A stretch of DNA of 30,649 nt from an uncultured Nannocystaceae bacterium (lineage in GTDB: Bacteria > Myxococcota_A > Polyangia > Nannocystales > Nannocystaceae): the NCBI GenBank assembly GCA_964626165.1, contig CAZVEM010000010.1:1-30649 (forward strand), given 5' to 3'. The translations under genes and the position numbers were made by a program. Below are positions 1 through 7,444 of this stretch, one piece after another. The first letter of the stretch is position 1, and each line of letters begins with the position of its first letter. The notes under the pieces were generated by a model. The model had not been told where the DNA came from and ran no database searches. It saw nothing but the letters and a program-made list of their open reading frames with translations.

Positions 1-1177
1 GGAGGATCTCGATGATCGTCTCGCAGTCTTCGATCGTGAGCGTCAAGGGAATGCGCATGTCGACGAGGTGATCGAGGCAGGCACCCGTGGCCGGCGTGTC
101 GTAGTCTTCGGGGAGGTAGGTCCAATGCTCTCTGCGGCCGGTAAATCCGACCGTACGCGCAACGCCGAACCACTTCAGAAAGACTCCACGTCTGCCCGTG
201 GCATCCAGTAGCGCGGGAAACCGCTGCTTGGGGAGGTCATGGATGAAGAACTGCATCGAGCTGTGCACCGGTTCGACGCCCGCGGGGTCGGACGGAATCT
301 CGACGCCTGGAATGAGACGCAGGCCTTGAGCGAGCCGCTCGTAGCGGTTGTTCCAGATCTCTGCCCTCGCAGGCAGCATGGCAAGCTGGCTTCGCACCAG
401 CGCGGCGACGAGGTTACTCATCCGCAATGAGCAGTTGGGCACTTGGGTCTCGTGGCGGGCGAAGACGGCGTCCGCGGGTCGAGCTTGATGCTGACTCCAA
501 AGCGCGTAGCTACCTGACAGCAGGATCGCCCTTGCGGCGACATCGTCGTCATCGGTGACCAGCAAGCCGCCCTCGCCGGAGTTGATGTGCTTAAACGACT
601 GCGTGCTGAAGCACCCGACGTGGCCGATCGCTCCGCTCATCCGACCGCGATAGCGAGCGCCGAGCGTGTGTGCGCAGTCTTCGATCACAGTGAGGCCGAG
701 CTCGCTTGCGATCGACATCACCGCGTCCATGTCTGGGATGTGCCCACGCATGTGCGAGAGCAAGAGCACTCTCGAGCCACTGCTCGCGGCTCTTTCCCGC
801 AGGCTATCGAGGTTGACGCGGAGGTCTTCCTTGACCTCGACGGGAACGCCCACGCCGGCCGCGTGCGCGATGGCGCCTGGAACCGGTGCGAGCGTGAACG
901 CGGTGAACAGGACCGCGTCTCCCGGCATTACGCCGACACCCTTGAGCGCGGCGAAGAGGGCACCGCCGCACGAGTTGAGCGCCACGCAATAGCGCTTGCC
1001 AATCAATGCGGCGAACTCGGATTCGAGGAGCGTCGCATGACGCGTTTCGCCGGTGTCCTCTCCGTAGCGGAACAGTCGCGAGCTCCGCAACACATCGATC
1101 GCAGCCGCGATCCCCTCTTCAGGGATCTCCGGCGGCGTGCTCAGGGTGACATCGAGACGCTTGTTGGATCGGGGCAT
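1..1177 (-). CDS. DegT/DnrJ/EryC1/StrS-family PLP-dependent (sugar) aminotransferase, partial; C-terminus lies beyond window start
   Basis: My own minus-strand translation from the ATG at 1177 reads without a stop to position 1: MPRSNKRLDVTLSTPPEIPEEGIAAAIDVLRSSRLFRYGED...CFSTQSFKHINSGEGGLLVTDD... This carries the family PLP-lysine motif FS.QS.K.....GEGG with the same Lys spacing as ArnB-type enzymes. It is missing from the ORF track only because it has no in-window stop. It is a paralog of the next gene. Confidence 0.75.
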   Translation of the reverse strand, partial: MPRSNKRLDVTLSTPPEIPEEGIAAAIDVLRSSRLFRYGEDTGETRHATLLESEFAALIGKRYCVALNSCGGALFAALKGVGVMPGDAVLFTAFTLAPVPGAIAHAAGVGVPVEVKEDLRVNLDSLRERAASSGSRVLLLSHMRGHIPDMDAVMSIASELGLTVIEDCAHTLGARYRGRMSGAIGHVGCFSTQSFKHINSGEGGLLVTDDDDVAARAILLSGSYALWSQHQARPADAVFARHETQVPNCSLRMSNLVAALVRSQLAMLPARAEIWNNRYERLAQGLRLIPGVEIPSDPAGVEPVHSSMQFFIHDLPKQRFPALLDATGRRGVFLKWFGVARTVGFTGRREHWTYLPEDYDTPATGACLDHLVDMRIPLTLTIEDCETIIEIL

Positions 1178-1285
1178 TTGCGCGACCTGTTGGATCCGTG
1201 GCCCATCTGCCGTCACGAAGGCCACGCATGAGACCGCTTCGACCTCGTGCGTGGCCCTATGCTGAGCGCCGATTGCCGATGCACG

Positions 1286-2440
1286 CTACTTGGCTGCGTC
1301 GACGGCCTCGTGGATGACCTTGGCGATCCGATCCATGTCGTCGGCGGTGTAGCGCAGGGGCAGGCGAAGGTCCGCTGTGCGCAGGAGCATGGACTTGGTC
1401 TTCGGGCAGTCGTTGGGCTCGAAGAAGGTCCAATTCCAGTAGCAACGCGCATTCTTGCCGCCGACTCCAAAGACGGCGACGTCGACACCTTGCTTCTTGC
1501 AGCTCGCGACGAAGCCTTCCATCTTCTCGACCGGCAAGCCGACGAGCTCGAATTGGATCGAGTCTGCGGCAGGACGAACCTTGTCGACGAACTTCGGCAT
1601 CCGAATGGCCGGATTGGTCGCAAGCTGCGATGCGAGTCGCTCGTAGTTTGCGTTGTAGTGGGCGACGCGCGCGTCAATGCGCTCGATCTGCGGGAGGAGC
1701 ACCGCGGCCGAGAGATTGGACATGCGGAAGTTGTAGGCCGGCAGCGCGTTGACCATGCTGTCGATCCACGTTGCGTCGTCCGCGGTTCCGAAGTGCTTTT
1801 GCCAGTTGCGCTCGTAACATCCGGCGTGGAGCATCGCCTTGTAGGCGATCTCTTTGTCGTTGGTCACCATCAGGCCCCCCTCGCCACCGTCAAGGAGCTT
1901 GTAGCTCTGCGCCGAGAAGGCTGCGGCCTTGCCGAAGGTGCCCGTGGGGCGACCGTCATACGTGACGCCGAGGCTGTGCGCGGCGTCTTCCAGCAGCGTG
2001 ATACCGCGCCGCTCACAAATCTCGACGACGCGGTCCATGTCCGGAACGCGGCCGCGCATGTACGAGAGCATGAGGTGCTTGGTGTTGGGCGTGATTTTTC
2101 GCTCCAGGTCGTCTGGATCGATCACGTAGTCCTCAGTCATCTCGACGAGCACAGGCTTGGCATGTGCATGGACGACGGCACCCGGCACCGCGATGAACGT
2201 GAAGGCCGGGATCAGCACCTCGTCGCCGGGGCGGACGCCGGTGCAGATCAACGAAAGGAACAGGCCCGAGCTGCACGAATTGAGCGCGATGCAGTACTTC
2301 TGCCCCATGATCTCCGCGAAGCGGCTCTCAAGACGGGCGGTCGGGCTGTCGTCGGGCTTATCGCAGTCGTAGCGAAAGAGTCTGGCTTTTTGGAGCGTGT
2401 CGACCACGCTCTGGATAACTTCGTCGTCGATGACTTTCAT
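1286..2440 (-). CDS. DegT/DnrJ/EryC1/StrS-family PLP-dependent aminotransferase
   Basis: The ORF 1286..2620(-) contains MKVIDDEVIQSVVDTLQKARLFRYDCD...AAFSAQSYKLLDGGEGGLMVTND..., a typical DegT family fold. I placed the start at the internal ATG 2440 (MKVIDDE) because the 60 upstream residues are P/A-rich and not family-like. It is a tandem paralog of the partial gene at 1..1177. Confidence 0.85.
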   Translation of the reverse strand: MKVIDDEVIQSVVDTLQKARLFRYDCDKPDDSPTARLESRFAEIMGQKYCIALNSCSSGLFLSLICTGVRPGDEVLIPAFTFIAVPGAVVHAHAKPVLVEMTEDYVIDPDDLERKITPNTKHLMLSYMRGRVPDMDRVVEICERRGITLLEDAAHSLGVTYDGRPTGTFGKAAAFSAQSYKLLDGGEGGLMVTNDKEIAYKAMLHAGCYERNWQKHFGTADDATWIDSMVNALPAYNFRMSNLSAAVLLPQIERIDARVAHYNANYERLASQLATNPAIRMPKFVDKVRPAADSIQFELVGLPVEKMEGFVASCKKQGVDVAVFGVGGKNARCYWNWTFFEPNDCPKTKSMLLRTADLRLPLRYTADDMDRIAKVIHEAVDAAK

Positions 2441-2612
2441 AGGTTCCGTGGCCGCGAGGGCCAGCACCGCGAGTATACACGGGGCAGGGGGGGCAGGCCC
2501 GCACTGCGGAGGCTGCACACCTGTCTCCCGCCGCGCCCTGGACGGCTCGGAGATGGCGTGCGCCATCGATGGCCGGATGGTCGGATGGCCGCGTGCGTCG
2601 GTGGTCGCAAGC

Positions 2613-2630
2613 TTGCGCAACGTTGCGCAG
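2613..2630. promoter_or_regulatory. Near-perfect 18-bp palindrome TTGCGCAACGTTGCGCAg (17/18) about 175 bp upstream of the DegT gene start; candidate operator
   Basis: Seen directly in the sequence. The two halves TTGCGCAA are themselves palindromic and form a tandem. It lies in the 560-bp non-coding gap 2441..3002. Confidence 0.3.
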
Positions 2631-2721
2631 ACAAGGCGCTGGCAAACATCTCGAACTTGGACACGACCTTGCGCCGATGAAGGTCCGATGAGCGTGCCTC
2701 ACGCCGCCGCGATCAGGACTT

Positions 2722-2778
2722 GGTTAGCTGGTTGTCGAAATGGCTGGCTCGCCAGAGCTGGCTCAAGCTAGCTGGATG
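2722..2778. repeat. Array of four AGCTGG/GGCTGG direct repeats spaced at about 11-22 bp (tagctggttg...atggctggctcg...gagctggctca...ctagctggatg)
   Basis: Seen directly in the sequence. It sits in the same intergenic region, roughly 280-340 bp upstream of the DegT start, and could be a response-regulator type direct-repeat site. Confidence 0.25.
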
Positions 2779-3002
2779 CCGAAGGACGGGGGATGGGCCA
2801 AGATCGAGCACCCGCTTGTGTGTTGACTCATTCCCAGCGATCCACGCCGCATCGACGGAGCGGCAGATCCCGCGTCCACGGCGGCGGCCCTTCAAGCGCT
2901 TCATCGACCCGCCCGCGGTCGCGATCGAAGGCTTGCTCGGGCGCGGTGCCACGCGCACCTCTCCGCGTCGCGCGATTTCAAGCTCGCGGTGCGCAGCACT
3001 GA

Positions 3003-4640
3003 TCAATCGAGAGGCGCGGGCGCTGCATCCGCGTCGAAACGGATGGTGGCGGTGCTCTGCTGATTCATACTCGGAATCGGGAACGGGATCGCGGACACGG
3101 CCTGCTCGATACAGTGTGCGTGAGCGTCGACGATCGCCGTCGCGGGGTTGCGCTTACTGGTCGGCTCACCGTTGTTGTGATGCAGTGCGGCGGAAAGCAC
3201 CGTGCCGCTGTCGGAAATCGTCAACGCCAAGAGTCGCTCGTCGAGCTTGGTCGCGTACACCTGGTTGCAAAGCTCCAATTTTCCTCGGATGCCCTCCACG
3301 CGGCCGACGATGGTGGCGGCATTGAGCGGGCCCTGGGCGGTCCCTCCATCGCGAACGGCCGCGATGCGAAAGTCGCCTGAGGCGCGATACTCAAGCTCCG
3401 ACGCCGTTGTGATGCGCACGAGGGCGAGTCGCACGACCTTGCGCGGGGCGGGAGTGAAGCTCAGCGGCGCGAGTCCATCCAGGAGCGAGGCGTCCACCCA
3501 TAGGTAGACGGCGTCCCAACTGCGCTCGGGCCAGGTCTCCGCCTCAAGGGGCGTGAGCGGTCCGACGACTGCAGTCTCCCACGTGCGGCGAAACGAAGCC
3601 TTCTCCTCCGCGGAGAGCCCGGAGTCGCTCAGTGGCGCGAAGAAGGCCTCCACGTCCAGTGTCTTGTCGGCGACGGGGAGCACCGCGGAGGATCCGAGCT
3701 GTTCCGCGCGAAGGACGGATACCAGGGGAGCGCCGCCCGGCTGACGAGTCACGCGAACAATTGAGCCGAGCACTTGGCCGTGGTCGAGCTTGCGAACCTG
3801 GAGCGGGGAGCGGCCCACGTCTTGCGCGTCTGCGCCGTCGGCAAGCGAGACTTCGATCGGAAGGTCGGACAGGCTGCCGAGCTCGCCGCGATAAAATAGG
3901 TTGTTAAAGCGCGCGCCGCCGATCTCGAGGCAGTCAGCGTCTGTCGTCTCTGCGGTCGCGAGGGTTGCGGCCTCGCAGGTGCTATCCGCGTTGAGACAGG
4001 TCTGCGCCGGAGGTGGGGTTTCATCGAAGATGCCGGCATCGATTGGGTAGGCGGAGGCAGTGCACGTTCCTTGGGTGATGCGCACCTGTGGCCAGCGCAT
4101 CTGCGTCGGCTGGGCAGAATCGACTTGCAGAAGCTCGCTCCAGGGGCCGGGCCATACTTCTAAAATTGTGCCCTTCGTGGCGCGCACGGTGACGTCGATG
4201 TCGAGTGCATCGATGCCCTCCGCAAGGTGAAACCAGAGAATCGGCTTGCCGCCTCCGACACCGGTCCCGGTCATGCCCAGACCGCGGGTGCCCGTCCCGA
4301 GTCCTAAGCCGAGCGGATCGAGACCGGACTTCTTGACGAGCGTTGGCTTGGAAGTCGAGACGACCGACGGCGTCCCCATCGTGCCAAAGAGAAATCCCCA
4401 CTCATGGACTTCGTACGCGGCTGCGTCTTTGCGGGGATCGGCGCCCGTCTCCGGCGAATCCGTGCTTGTTGGCTTGTTGCCGCTGGTGCTCGTGACGTCG
4501 CCCGCAGTCGGCGTGCACGCGAGCGCAAGTTCGGCAGCGCCCGCGATCAGGAGCGGGAGGACGAAGCGAGACGCGCTCGCGCCTCGTGAAGCGACGAGGT
4601 CTGTGCGTGGGTAGCTGGACACGGGGTCAGTAGAGAACAT
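3003..4640 (-). CDS. Hypothetical secreted lipoprotein (545 aa)
   Basis: It has a signal peptide with a lipobox (...VLPLLIAGAAELALAC). The mature part is G/T-rich low complexity followed by a large domain I do not recognise. GC3 codon bias supports this strand. The true start may lie downstream of 4640. Confidence 0.6.
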   Translation of the reverse strand: MFSTDPVSSYPRTDLVASRGASASRFVLPLLIAGAAELALACTPTAGDVTSTSGNKPTSTDSPETGADPRKDAAAYEVHEWGFLFGTMGTPSVVSTSKPTLVKKSGLDPLGLGLGTGTRGLGMTGTGVGGGKPILWFHLAEGIDALDIDVTVRATKGTILEVWPGPWSELLQVDSAQPTQMRWPQVRITQGTCTASAYPIDAGIFDETPPPAQTCLNADSTCEAATLATAETTDADCLEIGGARFNNLFYRGELGSLSDLPIEVSLADGADAQDVGRSPLQVRKLDHGQVLGSIVRVTRQPGGAPLVSVLRAEQLGSSAVLPVADKTLDVEAFFAPLSDSGLSAEEKASFRRTWETAVVGPLTPLEAETWPERSWDAVYLWVDASLLDGLAPLSFTPAPRKVVRLALVRITTASELEYRASGDFRIAAVRDGGTAQGPLNAATIVGRVEGIRGKLELCNQVYATKLDERLLALTISDSGTVLSAALHHNNGEPTSKRNPATAIVDAHAHCIEQAVSAIPFPIPSMNQQSTATIRFDADAAPAPLD

Positions 4641-5008
4641 GGGTGCACGCGTCGCGATAGAGCGGAGAAGAAGGGCGAACTCGATGTCCGCAAGGTGGCG
4701 TCATCGAGATTGGCAGCGAGGTTAGGCGCGCGACGAATCGGCAGCAACGCGCGGGTCCAAAGCCCGATCGGAGCTAGTTCTGCCGCGAAATGAAGCTTTG
4801 GCCGCCAACGACTCGGGGTGGACCGGGCGACTTGGGGGACGGGCTACATGTCACTTGCGCCAGCCCGGGGCACAAGTCCCACGACTGAGCGCAATGGCAG
4901 GCGAGCATGATCGCCCGCGATGTACTGCTCAGATTATCCCGGGTTCACGCGCGCGTGCGAGACGGCCGTTTTTTTGTGCCGTGGAGTCAGAGCTGATAGG
5001 CGCAAGGT

Positions 5009-5386
5009 ATGTCGCGCAACCGATTGCAGAAGTGGGTGCTGACCAGCTTGACCGCGCTCTCCTTGATGAGCTTGTCGTTTGGCTCGTCTGCGTGTGGCCG
5101 GACAGAGGTTGACGATCTCATCGGCGCGCAGGGCAACTACGATGTCGAGGCACGCCGAGAACTTGAGCTCGCAGACCAAGAGATTGTGCTTGTTGAGTTG
5201 ATGGCGCCTGCGAGCTCGTTATCGATCGAGCAGCTGGAGTCCATGCCCGCAGGACTTGTGATCGACGAAGTGGTCGAGCGCTTGATGCCCGATGAGACTC
5301 AAGAGCTCGTCGTGGACACAACGTCGCAAGAGGCATCACTCCAGGTTTGGGTCGGCGACGAGCTGCGTGCGCTCGTGTGGATGTAG
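5009..5386 (+). CDS. Small acidic lipoprotein (125 aa)
   Basis: MSRNRLQKWVLTSLTALSLMSLSFGSSAC has a positively charged n-region, a hydrophobic core and a lipobox Cys. The remainder is D/E-rich. Confidence 0.45.
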   Translation: MSRNRLQKWVLTSLTALSLMSLSFGSSACGRTEVDDLIGAQGNYDVEARRELELADQEIVLVELMAPASSLSIEQLESMPAGLVIDEVVERLMPDETQELVVDTTSQEASLQVWVGDELRALVWM

Positions 5387-5499
5387 CTGCGCAAGCACGG
5401 GCGCGGCGCACCCGCTGCCGATCACACGGCAGTGCGGCCACTCGCGCTTGACGTGCGCTTGACGTGCGATTGCGAGCGGACCGCGTATACTCTCGTCGC

Positions 5500-6855
5500 A
5501 TGGCGGAGCGCTCACGACTCACGCTCGTCTTGAGGCTCGGCCTCTTGCTCGGGCTGCCCGTCGCTGTGATCGCGGGCTTGTTTTGTTTTGGCGTCTGGCT
5601 CGGCGCCCGCAACGGACCGGCCGTTCGTGGATTTGAGCGCGAGGTCCTCGGTCTCAAAATTCCAGACGAGGCGGACGCGGACAAGACCCTCGGGCAGCGC
5701 ATATTCGGGCCCACCAAAGAGCGCTGGCTCGGCCCGGAAAAGCCCAAGGCAATCGGGGATGCGATCGCGCAAAGCGCAAAGACGCCGGGGAACAGCCAGC
5801 CGGGGAACAGCCAGCCGAGGAACAGCCCTGGAACGAATCCCGATGTCGCGGCCAACGGTGCGACCGCAGGTACAGCGCCTGCCACGCAAGGAAACTCGAC
5901 GGGCACGGGTACGAGCACGCCTGCGAACGGAGATCCGACGAACGCGACCAACGCGAGCGGGACCACAGGCACAGCGCCCACAGGGTCAAGCGCGGGCGCG
6001 GGAACGTCGACGTCCGGGGGCACACCCGCGCTCGTGGATCCGCTGGACACGCCCATCGCGATTGCGACACCGCTGACGGCGCTCGAGGACAAGGATCCCG
6101 AACGTGCGCAGGCCAATCTTGCGGCCGCGATTGCGGCGCTCAAAAAGCCACGCCGGGTCGCGGTCAAGCTGTTGGTGGAGCGTGCCTGGGTGCAAGAGCA
6201 TCCCGCGTGGATCGATGAGATGCAGCGCCTGGTGGCGCATGCCTCCGCGGACTACACCGCGCTGCTTGGCATTGAGTTCGAGATCCACGCGATCGCCATC
6301 TGGGAGATCAACAGCGCGAGCCTCTCGCTCGAAGATCTCCACAAGGACCTGCGCGCGCGCTCGCGCGAAGATGCGGACATCCTCGTTGGCATCGCGACCA
6401 AGTCATCGACGACAGGTTCCACCGGCCTCGCCGACTCGCCCGTGACCCTTGCCGACCTGACAAAGTCAAAGACCGCGCCCGAATTTCACGGTGCCTACGC
6501 GGTCGTTCTCAGCACTCCGGGGCTTCGCCAGCCGCATCTTCACACGCTGCTGCACGAGCTGGGCCATCTGTTTGGCGCGACCGACATCGAGACCCCCGAC
6601 ACGCCGGGATGGAGCGCCGGCAGCATCATGAGCTACATCGCCGTCAACGAGTCCGTTGCCCCGCACTTCGACCCGGTGAACCGCCAGCGCATGCTCTTGC
6701 GCAAGCATCTGCCCTTCGTGACCGACGACGAGATGTCCAAGATCTTGCAACGCTCGCCGATCCGGATGCGCGTCGACACGCCGCCGCAGAGCGGCTCAGC
6801 CACTGGAAACTCAACCGCTGAAAACTCAGCCACTGAAAACAGGGGGGCGATGTGA
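5500..6855 (+). CDS. Membrane-anchored metzincin-like zinc metalloprotease (N-terminal TM helix, T/G/S/N-rich linker, C-terminal HExxHxxGxxD domain with SIMSY Met-turn)
   Basis: The track ORF is 5464..6855 (GTG); I prefer ATG 5500 (MAERSRLTLVLRLGLLLGLPVAVIAGLFCFGVWL, a TM anchor). The catalytic signature is HELGHLFGATD followed 17 residues later by GSIMSY, which is the serralysin/astacin-type Met-turn. The third ligand position is Asp, as in snapalysin-type enzymes. The linker contains a 15-bp tandem repeat (PGNSQPGNSQPRNS). Confidence 0.55.
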   Translation: MAERSRLTLVLRLGLLLGLPVAVIAGLFCFGVWLGARNGPAVRGFEREVLGLKIPDEADADKTLGQRIFGPTKERWLGPEKPKAIGDAIAQSAKTPGNSQPGNSQPRNSPGTNPDVAANGATAGTAPATQGNSTGTGTSTPANGDPTNATNASGTTGTAPTGSSAGAGTSTSGGTPALVDPLDTPIAIATPLTALEDKDPERAQANLAAAIAALKKPRRVAVKLLVERAWVQEHPAWIDEMQRLVAHASADYTALLGIEFEIHAIAIWEINSASLSLEDLHKDLRARSREDADILVGIATKSSTTGSTGLADSPVTLADLTKSKTAPEFHGAYAVVLSTPGLRQPHLHTLLHELGHLFGATDIETPDTPGWSAGSIMSYIAVNESVAPHFDPVNRQRMLLRKHLPFVTDDEMSKILQRSPIRMRVDTPPQSGSATGNSTAENSATENRGAM

Positions 6856-7160
6856 TGGAGAGCAGGTCATCACGCCCCGGAACAAAGTCAGCACCCAGCG
6901 CCGCGGCCGGGCCCAAGCGGGGGTCGTCGTTGCGCGACGCAGTCGATCGCGGGATGGCGGCCAAGGGGCTAAGCCCCCGACCTGGCGCGGACGTACAGCC
7001 CGCGGAGTCGGGAACGTCGCGAAGCTGGGGGCGGTGGATGCTCGGCTGGGTGCTCGCACCTCTCATCCTTGCGAGCATCATCGTCGTGCTCGGTGTGCAC
7101 GTCGGAGCGACGCGGCCTGAGGGCTGGCTCGCGCGGATCTTGCTTGCCGTGTTTGGGTAG
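6855..7160 (+). CDS. Small tail-anchored membrane protein (about 101 aa), translationally coupled to the metalloprotease
   Basis: Its start ATG overlaps the upstream stop (ATGTGATGG). It has a basic, disordered N-terminus and a single C-terminal TM helix (WMLGWVLAPLILASIIVVLGVHV). Confidence 0.45.
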   Translation: MESRSSRPGTKSAPSAAAGPKRGSSLRDAVDRGMAAKGLSPRPGADVQPAESGTSRSWGRWMLGWVLAPLILASIIVVLGVHVGATRPEGWLARILLAVFG

Positions 7161-7444
7161 CGGGCATTCGCCTCGCACGCTCTGCTCCCCCCGATTGCCT
7201 GCTGAGGCCAGAGGCGGCTGTCGCGAGGAAAGCAGCGTCAGCTCGCGCGAACGCGCCTGAGACCCTCGTGCGCGAGGGGGCGACCGGTGTAGTGACCGAC
7301 CGCGCTCGCGGTGTCAAGCGCGGGCGAGGATCGGTGAGGCAGCGCCCGTGCGCGGCCACGTGCGAATGTTCGCGCGGACACGTTGCGCTTGAGCCTTCGC
7401 ATCGGTGAGACTCCGCCTCGGCGCACGTGCGCCAAGGAGCAGAG

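Noticed and set aside
587-2680. Long plus-strand ORFs 587..1231 (214 aa) and 1247..2680 (477 aa)
   Set aside because: They are antisense to the two DegT aminotransferase genes. Their products are Arg/Ala-rich with no domain, while the minus-strand frames carry clear family motifs.
4960-4975. T7 run (ccgttttttt) preceded by the palindrome CACGCGCGCGTG, considered as a Rho-independent terminator
   Set aside because: The stem is not adjacent to the T-tract and no gene ends upstream on that strand. It is more likely part of the divergent promoter region 4641..5008.
5118-6167. 349-aa minus-strand ORF opposite the metalloprotease gene
   Set aside because: It is antisense shadow of a GC-rich gene. 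The product is P/A/S/R low-complexity with no start context, and the plus frame carries the HExxH and TM features.
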